Below are positions 28,262 to 43,256 of a DNA stretch of 64,000 bases, one piece after another. The DNA comes from the human T2T-CHM13v2.0 reference genome, Homo sapiens, in assembly GCF_009914755.1 (NCBI RefSeq), contig NC_060928.1; one strand, 5' to 3'. The first letter of the stretch is position 1, and every line of letters begins with the position of its first letter. Under the pieces are notes generated by a model, which was given only the letters and a program-made list of their open reading frames with translations, did no database searches and had not been told where the DNA came from. Made by a program: the position numbers and the translations under genes.

Positions 28262-28324
28262 ACAAACCTGCAGGCTCTGCACATGTATCCTGGAACTTAA
28301 AGTGAAATTAAAAAAAAAAAGAAA
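28174..28324 (+). mobile_element. Severely 5'-truncated older L1PA 3' end (roughly L1PA8-13)
   Basis: ggcttaatgcctaggtgat...gcaaaccaccatggcacacgtttacc...ggaacttaaag plus poly-A; degenerate TSD aaaattgggtccatgat (28157-28173) and gaatttgtgtccatgat (28325-28341). Confidence 0.88.
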
Positions 28325-29099
28325 GAATTTGTGTCCATGATCGATGCCCATTTTAAACAATAATTCCTACTATTCTCTTCAAGTACTTGATAAAGATTGC
28401 TAAAATACTGAAATGTTTAAAACACCACTGAGAAAATTAATAGCAAAACAATCCATTTCTTCTCTATAAAGTGGAGCTGCAGAGAGTGACATATGACCAT
28501 TTTCAATGCCACAGAACTTGAATAATAATTTTCTGCATCTTTAAAATTTATAGTAAAATCAGAAAAAGCCCAAGTTTTTGGAAAGAAATAAACCACCCAC
28601 TGGCAGATATTATCTGTCATTAAGCCACTCCATTTTATCTTTCATCTAGGAATTATGAACATGTCTCAGTTCTTTACACTTAAAAGCAGTAGGGAGGTCA
28701 TTATTTCAAGCACATTAAAATGCATAGAAAAAGTGGAGGACATAAACAAAAGTAGTTATTTCTGGTTATCATTAGTTATATACTTCATTATATATGATAG
28801 ATTATAATTATATATGATTGATTATACTGATCACTGTTTTCATAAAGTTAAATTGTGTCTTATATATTCTTTGTGTTTTTTTATTTTTAAAATTTTCTAC
28901 GGAAAGAAGTTTGCTCTGCTTAATGAAAAGTAAGTGGACAGTATTAAAAATAGCTATATTTAATTTTAACATACCATAATATTGCAATGAAAAATATACA
29001 CATTATTCAGATAGAAGAAAGTATTCCAAAATATTCACAGTAGTTGTCTGGATAGTAAAAGTTGGATTTTTTGGTCTTTTTTTCATATATTATAAAGAG

Positions 29100-29414
29100 C
29101 TTTCTTTTTTTTTTCTTTTCCTTTTGAGACAGGGTCTTATTCTGTCACCCAGGCTACAGTGCAGTGGTGTGATCATGGCTCACTGCAGCCCTCAACTTCC
29201 CAGACCAAAGCAATCCTCCCACTTTAGCCTTTAGAGTAGCTGGGACTATAGGCATGTGCCACTCATTCAGCTAATTTTTTTTTTTTTTTTTTGTGGAGAC
29301 AGGGTCTCATAATGTTCGGACCCAGGTTAGTCTCGAACTCCTGGGCTCAAGCAATCTTCCTACCTAGGTCTTCCAAATTGGTGGGATTATAGGCATGAGC
29401 TACCATGCCCAGCC
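29100..29414 (-). mobile_element. AluJ-type SINE
   Basis: gagacagggtctt...gatcatggctcactgcagcc...ctcctgggctcaagcaatc. Confidence 0.92.
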
Positions 29415-31114
29415 AGCCTTATTATTTTCAATTATGGAAATCAATTTAAAATTCTAGGTATAAAGAGTGCATTTAACAAAAATTCTCATAACCTATTGTG
29501 TGAAAGGAACTCTGTGGTTAGACAAATAAATGAGACATGCCACCTTATGCCAGGAGTTTCCATTCTCCTGAGGTACTGCTTCCTTAATTGTCCATATAAA
29601 AATAAAGTAAAAGAGAAGTCACTTTTTATTCACAGAGAAAGTTCATATGATGGGCTTCTTGGTTAATTTTGGTCAACTTGGTGAATTGGCTTAGAATAAT
29701 TTTTGGTTTGTTAAACATATCTTTGTGAGAAGCATGATGAAGTTCAAAAAGCATGATCTATTGAATCAGAGCCATTTGGATTTAAACTCTCCTTCATTGC
29801 AAGTTTGCTTCATGAACCCAGGTGTTAAAATATCTGGGCCGCAGTTTCTGTTTTAAAAACGTGAACGCTTATATTGAACTGGCTAAGTCATTGGGAACGA
29901 AGTATGGAAAACTGCATATCACAGTGATTATGTAGGGGTCCCTGATGTATGGGAAATTCTCTCTTTGCCTTTTTCTGCAGGATTTAAAATTTACATTAAA
30001 AAGCTAGTGCCTCATATTTGAAGCAGTACTTTAAAGGTTGTAACCCAATTTCACACAGCCTATCCTTATTTCTCACTAAAGCCTACAGGTATCAAGAACC
30101 ATGTCCAGGGCTCTGATGGGATCAAATAGCAGCCCAGCAGGCTGCAGGTTGTGCTCCCAAGTGGGGTGACCAGCAGGCTCATTCTCAGGGTTCACAGTGG
30201 CATGTTGAACTTTGGACAGAGCCAGGTTGGGCTTGATGGCCAAGGGTCAGCCAGGGGGCAGAGTAGAGTAGTTTGAATTTTCCAAAAGTTAGAAGGGACC
30301 TCAGATTTGCTGAACGACTTATCTATGCTGCTGTCATATTGAGAGATTTTCCTGTATTGTCTCTGTAATTCTCATAATTGTCCCGCGATCTGAACAATAC
30401 TTCCATTCACAACTGAGAAAGCAGAGACCCAGAGGGAGTGAACTTGTTCAGGACAACTCTGATGGGAAATGAAGGGGCTGAAATTTGAACTGAAGCGCAT
30501 TTGACTCTATACCATCCTTTTCCAGGTACAGAGTGGCATCTTGGTCCCTTTTGGAATGGCAGTCATCAAGTAACTGGATTTGTAGAGGCAGGGTTTAGTC
30601 TCTATAGAGAGGAACTTGACACAGTTAAGTGGGTTTTCAGGACTTGAGTTCCAGTGGACCTCAGGTCTATTCATTGTGACAGATGCCGAATCCTACAACT
30701 GAGTATGTGCAAAGGGGCCACTGAGAAAGACTTCGGCTTAATAGCTCCCAGCAACTCAGATCAGCCACTTAGTCACTCTGCTAGTGACTGCCAGACCAAA
30801 TGTAGACTCTACCTGATGAGAAGACCCCACTTTAAAATTCAGAGGCACTGCAGAATCTTGATTGCAGAATTGCTAATACCTACCGCTCTGAAGGGCTGGG
30901 ACAAGCAGAGCTATAATTAAAGTAACTAGAAAAGGAAGTGTTCCAATTCCATTGAGGAGGAAAATTGCAACTCACAGATGCTCTGGAGAGGCAACTCAAG
31001 AACAGTAAAGTCAAGCAGTCCTGATTTTTCTTTGGACTTTGATATCTGCTATTATTTTTTACTTCTCCCTGCTTTTGCTGTTGATGATTATTTGACCAAT
31101 GAGTGCAGATGCTT

Positions 31115-31680
31115 ACTTGCTCAACAAATGTTATGTGAACTTATTGCCAGGTATTCTCTTATACTCTTGGGATTCAGCAGTAAATATAGCTGACAAAAGT
31201 TGCACCCTCATGGAGCTTACATTCTAAAGGAGGAAGACAAAATAAAATAAAATATATAATGGAATGTGTATGATAGAAGGTAATAATTGCTATAAGGAAA
31301 AATAAAAAGGGAGGGATGAGGGGATGGCCTCAATGACAAGATGGCATTTGAAGAAAGACCCTATAGAGGTAAGGGAGCCAGCCATGTGGATTTCATGGGG
31401 AGAAATGCTCCAGGCACAGGAACAGCCACTTTAAGAGACCTGAGATGGAAGCATGCAGGAGAGTTTCTGCAATAGCAAGAGGCCATTGTGGCAGGAAGAA
31501 TGCGAGAAGAGGATGTTGCAGAGGTAGCAGGGTGACAGGTCCTGTATGTCTTTATGGTTCATTGTGAGGACTTTGGTTTTTATTCTGGGTGAGATGGAGA
31601 CCACAGGAGGCTCTTGAGAAAGACATTGATAAGATCGGACTCACATGTTAACAGGGTCACTCTAGCAGGTGCTCATGTAG
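31115..31680 (-). mobile_element. L2 LINE 3' region
   Basis: ctcaacaaatgttatgtgaac...ccctcatggagcttacattcta...aggactttggtttttattctgggtgagatgg. Confidence 0.75.
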
Positions 31681-31685
31681 GCTTG

Positions 31686-32566
31686 TGTGGGGCTATCTTT
31701 ATTAGACATTGCTTTGGGAAAACTCTCAGACCAAATTTTTCCTCTGCTCTCACACCACCACCACCACCACCACAATAAACGACACAAAAGAAGACTTTTG
31801 TGACCAAATGTGTGGGGATTTCTCCCCACAAACTAAGCAGCAGACACCAGCTGGGTGGCATTCTCCCTGGAGGCATTCTACCTGGAGATAGTGTCAGATT
31901 CCACAGGTTGAGGCTTCAGTCTCCAAGACTGACCTCCGATGTCCCCAGATACCAGTAACAAGTCCAGGCCTATGGAACTCCTGAATGATTGGCCTCAAGG
32001 TGGGGTTCCCAGGACCCCATCTTCGAGTTCAATTAATTTGCTGGAGTAGCTCACAGAACTCAGGGAAAACACATGCCTGCTTTACTGGTTTATTATAAAG
32101 GATATTGCAAAGGATGCAGATGAAGAGATAAATAGGGCGAGGTATGGGGGAAGGGATGTGGAGTTTCCATACCCTCCCTGGGTGCACCACCCTCTAGGAA
32201 CCTCCGTATGGTCAGCTATCTGGCAGCTCCCCAAACCAAGTCCTGTTGGATTTTTACTGAAACTCCATGACATCCACACTCTTTCTTCAATGCTAAAGGG
32301 CAGGAACCTTTCTGGGGAGGGCCTTAAGACCCACAATCAGAAAGGTAGGAGAGATTTGGAGCAGGTGAAAGAAAGGCAAAGGAAGGTCAGAGAGATTGTG
32401 TTTCCTGAGGCCTGCCCCTGAGTTCTAACACACCCAACATTGTAACAAAAGTCTATAACAAGGGCTATGGAGGTTATGAGTCAGGAACTGTGGACAAAAA
32501 CCTATATATATGATATATATATCATACATATCATATATATATGTATGATATATGTATATATCTCAC
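31686..32566 (-). mobile_element. MER21-type LTR
   Basis: gtgaccaaatgtgtggggatttctcccc...cagattccacaggttgagg...ttaatttgctggagtagctcacagaactcaggg...atatctcaca. Confidence 0.85.
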
Positions 32567-33650
32567 AGACATGTGGATATAAGAAGTTCACTCATCCCTC
32601 AGCTTCAGGCTGGTCGAGTCAGAGGACACTGGACTTGGGACTCCAGATGGGTTCCAGACTTCACATGCCAGAAGTGTCCAGGAAAGAAAAGGCCTCAGGA
32701 ACTCAAGAAGAAGTATTTGTCTGTAGAGGAAGCCTCTCTTGGGAAAATCGAGCTGTGTTTCCAGATGGTAGCTTCCATGCCATCTTGGCTGCATACCATG
32801 AAGCACACCTGGATGTTGTTGACACGACTATAACCACTAAAAGCTGTGTCTGGTGGCCTTAAATGGATTCTCTTACAAAGGATCCCTCAACGTAGTGGTA
32901 GCTTTGCCAGGCTGCTTGGCATGAATCTCTAAAATCAACTGCTTCCTCATGGGATAGGACCAAGAAGGCTTTAGCAATGCTTCATTTTGACTTTGAAGGA
33001 TCTTTTTAGGCAAAGTATCTCAATTATCCTTGGTTTTTTTAAAAAATAGCCTGAGATGTTTCTGGATCTATTTTAAAAATTAACTGATCTTATTAATTTA
33101 GTACAATTTTCATTTAACCAAGCATTTATCCAAACATTTATTGAATGCCTCTGATGTCCCAGGCACCATGGGAAAAAGTAAACAATAAAAAGAAAGATTA
33201 CTCCCTGCTATTGATAAATTTGGTCTAGTAGGAGATTAAGGTGACTAAATAATAATAGCAGAATTGTAACACATTCTTTTAGGGGTATATATTATGAGGC
33301 TATGGAAGCTCAGATGAAGAAACATTTAACTCCATCAACAGGGGCAAGGAAAGGATTTCCAGAGAAATTTAGAAGTAGAAGGTTTTTACTTTAGGGAGAA
33401 TATAAGCCTCTGTGATATTTAAAAGTATTTTTCTTTTCCCTTACCCCATTCTTTCTGCCTCCCTTTCTTCCCTCCCTTTCTTCCTTCAACAACTACTTCT
33501 TGCCTGTATCAACAATGTGCAAAATATTTGGGATTGATTACATGGTCCTGCTCTTGCAAAAATAATTAAGCAAGGTAGAAAAGTAGAAAAGTACGTTTAA
33601 GAAACTACAAGAACAGTTCAGTTTGGATGGATAATGATATCCATGTAAGT

Positions 33651-33808
33651 AGGCTTGCCAGATAAAATACAGAACATGTAGTTAAATTTAAATTTCAGAT
33701 AAACAAGATATAATTTTTTAGTATAAGTACATCCAAATATTGCTTGGGACATACGAAATGTTATTAACTGGTTTTCTTTCTTTCTTCTTTACTAAGTCTA
33801 GTAACCCT
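33651..33808. mobile_element. MER53 palindromic MITE, internally deleted
   Basis: aggcttgccagataaaatacagaacatgtagttaaatttaaatttcagataaacaa...tagtaaccct. Confidence 0.8.
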
Positions 33809-35049
33809 ATATGTAAGGGAAAATTAGGAAATGGGGATAGAGATATATCCTCATTAGACAGTGATAAGGAAATTTTAAAAATCATCCCAAAGAGTTTGAA
33901 TGTCTTGCTGTCTATAATAGAGAACCATTGAAGTATGTTGTGCAAGATTGCAGTTTATAAAGATAATTCTTGCCACAGTGAGAAGAATGCATGGGAGAAG
34001 AATGGGATTAGGGGCAGCAGGACCAGAGAGTGCTGTTTTGTTAAGGTCAGCTCATCTCCAGTCTCTTAGTGCTGCTTGGAATAATAATTATTTCTAAGAA
34101 TTCAGTAGACTCCTGACACCCCACCCCCATATTTCTGAGCACCTGTGTTAGTCTCCAAATATTCAGTGTTCAGTCAACTAATCTTGTATTCCATCTGAGA
34201 GATTCTCTTTTGCACATCAGACCTTCAGCCCAGTGAGCTCAAATTTATGCTTGTATATGATATCAACCTTGAAGGTGAAATCCTTAGACATTGAGATTTT
34301 ATGGTTTGCTGAAAATGAAATAGAAAAGTCAAAACTTGCTAAAACAAGTCGTATTTGATCTTCTCTAATGAATAGATAAGCAGCAATTGAAATTTTAAAT
34401 GTCTAAAGAATGCAGATGGATGCTACTAAAGCGTGCTTTTCACCAGGCCTGAAAAGTTTGCATTTTCTTAAATATTCTAACTACATTAATGCATTTATCT
34501 CAAATCTTGTTTGCTAATAATTTATTTATTTACCAAATAATAACTTATTTACTAAAAAAAGAGTCTCAGGAAATTAGGAAAAAGGATATGTGTGTGTGTG
34601 AATGTGTGTGTGTAAGTATAAAGTATACTTATGCACAAATACATATAACACTAGGCTTTTAAATGGATAAATACAACTGGATAAAAGAAAGGAACAACTG
34701 TAAACAGCTAAATGACTTAAAAAAGTGAAATATAATGAGTGAGGGCAATTAGATGTTCTTATAAGAGACTGCTATTATTAGGACGATAATATTTGAAAAG
34801 AATTGACTCATGACTTTGCAGCAAGGCAGGAGAGGAGTAGGAGGGGCAGGACACTGTGTAACAATTCAAGGTAAAATGGTACATTAGCAAAAGGATTAAG
34901 ATACAGTAGCAGTGATACCAACAGTATAATTCAACATCTGAGAAGGAACAATAAAACTCTCATTTATTAGCAGGGGAAATGGATGGTCTGGCTGAGAGCA
35001 GCCGAAAGGTCTTATTTTATGTGTAGTTGGGGAAAGGAGATGGGAAAGT

Positions 35050-35325
35050 AAAGAAATGAACATTTACGGAGCTCATACTGTGCATTATCGACTGTGCTAT
35101 GAACATATATTAGCTCATGCGTCCAGCTCACTGAAACCTCTCAACCAACCACGTACTTCAAGGACAGATTTTGTCATCTTTACTTTACAGATGAATGAAG
35201 AAACAGGGTTCGAAGGATTAAAGAACTTCGCTCTTCATCATAAAATAAGTGACAAAACTGAGATTTGAATTTCGATTTCTGTCTCCAAATGTCTATGCTT
35301 TTTCTATTCCACCAAACTGTCCCCT
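35050..35325 (-). mobile_element. MIR SINE
   Basis: aacatttacggagctc...ctttacagatgaatgaagaaacagggttc...ctgagatttgaattt. Confidence 0.65.
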
Positions 35326-35654
35326 GGGGTATATAATTAAGATTATTGTGTTTTCTCCTGACATGGCATTTCAACCGTTGCTCTGTGAGGGCCCAAGATA
35401 AACATTTTAAATTTTATTATTCCTATATTCTTCTGTTTTGGACAATGGGTTGGTGACTTAACTAAGGTCATCTGAGAGCCAAGCATTTGCCTGATCTGTT
35501 TCTCTTTGCCATTAGACAACAGTCCTACGCCCTGAAGCCTATGATATATTAGGCTTCAAATCTCTGCAGAAACAGCCCTGCAACATCACATTAGTCTTCA
35601 CTGAAGTCAGTGCAAAATGTTTTGAGATAAAGTTTATTTAAATAGGGAAGGCTA

Positions 35655-35760
35655 GGCTGTGTGTTGTGGCTCATGCCTGTAACCCCAGCACTTTGGGAGG
35701 CCGAGGTGGAGGGATCATTTGAGCCCAGTAGTTCGAGCAGCCTGTGCAACATGGGGAAAC
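35655..35760 (+). mobile_element. AluJ-type SINE, 5' part (split by the LTR pair)
   Basis: gtggctcatgcctgtaaccccagcactttgggaggccgagg...gcaacatggggaaac; resumes at 37201. Confidence 0.9.
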
Positions 35761-36320
35761 TGATTCAGAAGTGCTGGGAAGGGAATGGTGTGGTCCCTTT
35801 AAATAATACAGAAGCGGGCAGGGAAGTGCTGGGTAGAGGAGGGCATGGTTCTGGCTAGGGCTCCACCCCTGGGCCTGTGCTCACGAACCTAGGTGAGGAC
35901 AGGTATTTTTGTTTTCCTGCCCATATGTTGCATTTCCACCCTGGCCTGCCACGCCCCTATCCGGTGCCTATAAAAACCACAAGACCCTAGCAGGCAGACA
36001 CAGAAGTGCTGGATGTCGAGAGGAGCATATCAGCGGAGGAACACACAGATGGCTGGATGTCGAAAGGAATGCACCAACAGGCACTGGCATGCCGGCAGGT
36101 CACTGACTGGCAGAACGACACAGAGTTTGGCTGGGGCAGTTGGAGGAGAGCCCGGGCCACTGAGTGAACTGACTCTAGGGGAAAACCATCTCCCTTCTGG
36201 CTCCCCATCTGCTGAGAGTTACTTCCACCCAATAAAACCTCACACTCATTCTCCAAGACCACGTGTGATCCAATACTTTCCGTACACCAAGACCAGAACC
36301 CCAGGATACAGAAAGCCCTC
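35761..36320 (+). mobile_element. LTR1-like ERV1 LTR, 3'-truncated (left arm of inverted pair)
   Basis: TG start tgattcagaagtgctgggaaggg; TATAAAAA at 35969-35976; AATAAA at 36231-36236; lacks the 3' end seen in the LTR at 25121. Confidence 0.88.
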
Positions 36321-36337
36321 TTATTGCAGGGCTTATT

Positions 36338-37677
<1,340 letters not shown>

Positions 37678-37934
37678 GGAAGGCCAGGCTACATATTGCA
37701 TCTTACATGGCTAAATATCATGTCTTATGTCTGAACAATGTTGTTGTCTTACTTGTCTTCAACATTCAGAGATGACCTACTTGTGTTTCAGATTGTGCTT
37801 TATGGTTTACATTTATCCTCTTAAGCTTAAATTAATTTCATCTGATATCTTTATTTTAAAAACTAAAACCAACTATTTAAATATGTCTAATGCAATTTCC
37901 AGGATGTAACATTTGAATAGTCTATAGAGGGGGC

Positions 37935-38150
37935 TATACAGTCTGTGTGGCTTTCCAAACCCAACCTGCGACATATTTTTGTAAATACAATTTTATTGGA
38001 ACACAGCTACCTAACCCATTTGGTTAGCATTGTCTATGACTGTTTTTGCAGTACATGCCAGGGATGAGTAGTTGCAACAAAGACAGTATGACCTACAAAG
38101 CTGAAAATATTTACTATCTCACTCCTCAGTAAATGTATGTTAGCCTCTGG
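37935..38150. mobile_element. MER58A-type hAT MITE
   Basis: ttttgtaaatacaattttattggaacacagctac...gagtagttgcaacaaagac...aaagctgaaaatatttactatct. Confidence 0.8.
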
Positions 38151-40957
38151 TCGATAACAACAGGAGATACTTCACTCTTAATTTCTAATTATGTTCTATA
38201 TATGGCATTTTATTTTTTCTCTCCCAAGAAAAGCAATAAAGTGCTTGTCTTAATTAGTAGCATCTAAATTTGCTAAGGCATTTTTTTTGTCACAAAATAG
38301 TTATTTACTTCTACAGGGAAATTATTCTTTCTAAAAGAAGGGGAAATATTTCTTTAAAATACTCACCAAAACACTGTGATGTAGATGCTAAGATGTTATC
38401 ACCATTTAGAAAGAAAAAACTATTTAGCCATAGAGACAGCATTTATTGAAAAAAAAAAAAAGTCTGGGCATTAATTGTGTGTCAGGTCCTGAGCTAGGTG
38501 ATGGAGTGAAAAGAAAGTAGGAAAGTAGGATTGCTAGCATTGAAGAATTCAGTCTGGACTGCATAACTTGCCCCAAGTCACGCCCTTAATAAATAGCAGC
38601 ATCAAGTTTTGAGCTCAGTTTGAATGGTCCTGAAGCTCTTCTCATTCAATTCATGCTTTTCAAACTTAGGTATGTAAGGCCTACCCCTACCACTTAGATC
38701 ATGAGCCACAGATAGACAAAAATACAGAATAACATGGCTTCAATTTTACTAGATGCTATATGACTTTAAACAAAATTTTATGTTAAAATAAGCCTGGCTG
38801 TTTTAAGAGGGAGAATGCAAATTTCAAATAAATGTTTAAGATAACACAAATACTTCAAATAAATGAAAGCTTTCAGTGCCCCAGCCCCTAGGGGTGAAAT
38901 ATTCTCTCTGGCATACTCTTATAGTAAGAAGAAAAGAGAAAAAGAATAAAATCTTGGGGGAAAAAATGCACAAAGGGAAACCTTGTAATAGGCAGAATTT
39001 AAACATAAAGAAGAAAAAGAGAAAGTTTGAAAAAGAGAGCCCTCAGAGGCAAACTTGAAAATGACTTTCACAGAGTGTGGTTGGTCAATCTGCCACCGAG
39101 AAGCCTAATTAAGACATCTGCTAAAAGGTACCAATTGATGGTGGTCTCACTGTCCCACCCTTTTAATTGACACGCTGTGATTTCATTCCAGATTAACTTC
39201 ATAAATGGTTCTCCTAATAGAAAGATCACTTAAATTAAAAGTAGACTGTAAATGGGGATTTGTGATGTTAATAGGCCAGTGTAACCTCTGCATCATTTAC
39301 ATACATTTCCATTTTTTCCAATGCATATTTGCATATATTGGAGGATGTCACTGAAGGCTTTGAATGGGCAACATTCATATAATAATGAGCATCCGACTGG
39401 CACAGTGTCCAGAGTCATTTATTTGACCTCTCCCTAGCATTAATTTTGGAGATATTTTTGCATCTGCAACATTAATAACATAAAACCCTTGTTCCAGAAA
39501 ACCCATGTTCAGCTTATTTATCCAGGTGCAATAAATGTGTGGGAAACAGAATTCTCTTGAAGCATGGAGATCTCACAACATTTGAACAGTTGCTTAGTTC
39601 TTGAAAAGGTCATACATTAGTGATGTTCAAAAACTCTTAAAAGCCTTGGCACAATGTGGTAGCCCATTGATATTCATCACTGTGGTAGCCTAATACAACA
39701 AGCATGTGATCTGGGGAGTTTAGGGAAGAGATCACATTCAAATGGGGTTCAGAATGGAAATTTCAGAAGAGGGGCACTGACATAGAAGTGAAATTGGAGC
39801 CTACCAGACCAGATTCCAGCTGTGGGTCTGCCCCCATCTGACCTTTATCCCTCTGAGTCTCAGTTCTGCATCTGTAAATTCTGTGTAATAGCACTTACCT
39901 TATGTTTGTGGTGAAGATTGGGATAATAAATGTAAAAACAATTGTATGTAAAGTTTAAGAATTGAGGACAAAATTTGGTCTCCTGGTAGCCAAAGCAAAA
40001 AAGGGGACATTGTACGATTCAATGTTCTGTAACTGGTTCTGAGACTCTCTTCAGTTGCTGGGACTGTATATGGAGCAGTGGCACTGGCAGTGACACTTCC
40101 AATATGTGTTTTGAAAAAAAAAATTGAGCAAATCAAGTGTAACTATGTAATGAAACCTCTCCTTCACGTCACCTTTCATGTTACTTGGGTATCATATTCC
40201 ATAATGGCAGATTTAAAGTACCTGGAAAGCTTGAGTTTAAATACTGCTCTTTCTGGGTTCATAGAAATGAGCTGTATGGTTCTTTTGTACAATTTTAACA
40301 GTCATCATTTCTTTCTTGAAGCAGGGTGACCAACTCTCCTTAGTGGTCTCCGTAATCATTGGACTTTCTTCTTCATCACCTCACTTCAATTCCCATGTCC
40401 TGCTCCTCAGGATGCATATTAAACTGACTCTCCCTAGTATATCTCCACCAGAACCAATTCTAAAGGAATGAGGTTTATACAGCAATGTTTTTCCAATTTT
40501 TGCAGTTTATCATTCAGAATCATCTCAACTTATTTTGAGCGAAGGATTGAGGCTTTATTATGTCTCACTGTCAAGAAAGCCTTCCATAGGATCTTCATGA
40601 GTAAGCAACAGAATCTCATAAAATCCATATCCTATAGACGACACTGGGCCACAGGATGGGGCAGACACAGTAAGGGATTAAATACCTGGGGGCATCTTGC
40701 TTATGGACTGTGGGAATTAGGGATGAGACTGTGTGTTCCCAGGTTTTCAAATGCTGGGAGGATTGGTAGAGGCAGGAAAAGTAGCAAAGGGGCAGAGTGG
40801 CTTCAGAAAGCCTTCAGGACAACTCTGAACTGTGTAGAAAGCATTTCTATGTCTCATCAGTGGCAATACCTTTGAGAGTTTTGGGAGGCTTACGTAAGAT
40901 GTAAAGATCTTGAAATTGTCCCATTTTATTATGATAGAAGACAGTGTTAGTCACATT

Positions 40958-40985
40958 TGTGTGTGTGTGTGTGTGTGTGTGTGTA
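40958..40985. repeat. (TG)n microsatellite
   Basis: Direct reading. Confidence 0.9.
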
Positions 40986-41987
40986 TCCAGCATGCTTTCT
41001 AACACTTTTTCATCTGATTCCTTTGGGGAATCCCTCCCTCCATCCATGCAGTCTTGATAGAGTATAGACATTAATTTCCTGTCCTTACCCCTAGCTCAAC
41101 AGAGGGCATATGACCTTAACTGGGCAGAGCATCCCATCCATCTAGGTAGAGTGATTGACTTACAGGTGTTCATATACTACCCATGCAGGCCTAGCCAGTG
41201 TCTTTCTTGGAATTAACACATGAACTTTGTCAGTAGGATTCTTTTTCCATTGGCATGGAAGAACTAGGAAGATGTGGGTTTAGATATGCAGGCAGGCTTC
41301 TGAGGGAAATCTTTTAGTAGATGAAACCAAGCAGGGTTGAAACATGAAGAGAAAGACATATTCTAGGATCTATCCATTTCTGAGCTTCCTAGTCATATGA
41401 GCCAAAAAATTCTCTTTTCACTTCAACCAGTCTGAGTCAGGTATCTGATACCACTTGCAACTTAATGCCAATCAAGTCTTAAAAAGGGAGGAAAAGAGAG
41501 ATGTACAACCAAAGGAATGAAATATTTTGGCAAGAAAATAGAAATCATCTGCTTACGAATTAACCTATTCTAGTTTTTCTTTTGTGAACTTTGTGCCTGC
41601 AATGTCTTATAAAAGCCCTAATTATTCTGGGGCAAGTGTCATAATTCTTAGCATCAAACTCTCTATCATGTAACAAAGTCCATCCTGTGGTACCATGCAA
41701 GGCTCTCCACTTTCAAACCCTGTTAATACAATGTGAAAGAGATTTGAGAGAAAGAAGACTGAGAAGCAATGCGATGCCATGTAAAAAATAGTGGACTTTA
41801 AATTAGGGCCTGAGATTGGAATAAACATTTTGACACCCCCCGCCCCCCCTTGGGAGTATTTGCTTTGTTGCCCTGAGCTTTAGTTGCTTTAATATGGAAA
41901 AGGGATGAGAATAATGATAATCCTTACTGCACATAGTTTTCATGTGAATTATGCAATATACTGTAAATAATGTAGACTGGCCAGCAC

Positions 41988-42718
41988 TGAAACCAGCTTT
42001 GCAAAATTATAACTGAGGAAATTATGACAGCGAAAGAAGTCAGACCTAACTGACTCTATCTTGCCTCTCACCCTTAAGTTGTCCTTATTTATTCCTACCT
42101 GTAGGCCGAACTAACTTTGGGAAGGAATTCAGTTCATGGTTTGACTCTGAAACAAAATTGATAACAGCCCTTTCCCAAAAAGAAGCCCCTTCTTGCCTGG
42201 GGTCCAATCTGCCTTTGCAGGACTAACAAATTAGCTACAAGATTAGAAATTACAATTTAAAGGTCATGCAGCCTCTGGCTCCAAGAGTCTGAACCTCCCT
42301 AAATTGCTCTCAGGTATAACATCACTGTTGTAAAACCTAAGATCAGTTCTTGAGATATTTTGCCGACCCTGCACTTGATGGATCAGCTGACACCACCAGA
42401 CTAGTAATCCAGCTCAACCAGTTCTGCCATCCCACCCAAGAACAAAAGACAGCAAGAAAACCTAACTTCGACCCCCTGTGATTCCATCTCCAACCTAACC
42501 AATCAGCACTCCCCACTTCCTGAGCCCCTACTTGCCAAGTTATCATTAAAAACTATGATTCTCGAATGCTCGGGGAGACTGATTTGAGTAATAATAAAAC
42601 TCTGATCTCCCGCACAGCCAGCTCTGCGTGAATTACTCTTTCACCTTTGCAATTCCCCTGTCTTGATAAATCAACTCTGTCTAAGCAGCGGGCAAGGTGA
42701 ACCCACTGGCCAGTTAAA
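41988..42718 (+). mobile_element. LTR8-type ERV1 solo LTR with 4-bp TSD, inserted in a MIR
   Basis: tgaaaccagctttgcaaaattataactgag...gggcaaggtgaaccc; TSD GCAC at 41984-41987 and 42719-42722. Confidence 0.9.
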
Positions 42719-42906
42719 GCACTGACAGCAGTAGGTTGTCAATTAATTATTTATGTCTTGCTCTTAGATAAAACAATGTTGATGGTATTTGTTGATGGTA
42801 TTCAAAGAGAATAGAACAACTACCTCCACCCCCACCCCAAAGCAGAGGCAGAAATCCTTTCTAGGAGCCGGAAAGGAGTAGAGATATTTATTGATTGACT
42901 TGACTC

Positions 42907-43256
42907 TGTATGTGTGTGTGTGTGTATACATATACATATATGTGTGTATACATATACATATATGTATGCATACATACATATACATGTGTGTATACATATA
43001 TGTATACACATAAACATATACGTATACATATATATGCATACACATATAAACACATACACATAAACATATATACATATATGTGTGTATATATGCATATATG
43101 CATACACATATACACATATACATATGTACATGTGTATATATACACATGTACACACACACATATATACATATATTCACATATATACATATAGACACACACA
43201 TATATTCACATATATTCTCACATATATATGTATGTGTGTATGTGAGAGAGAGAGAT
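42907..43256. repeat. Compound (TG)/(CATATA)n low-complexity microsatellite
   Basis: About 350 bp of largely alternating purine-pyrimidine sequence. Confidence 0.95.

Noticed and set aside
29960-30092. Strong-looking splice acceptor (ttttttctgcag/G at 29980) and possible donor near 30088
   Set aside because: Isolated splice-like signals are common. There is no reading-frame or transcript support from sequence alone.
33651-33808. Partial palindrome as a miRNA candidate
   Set aside because: Explained by MER53, and an internal deletion disrupts the right arm.
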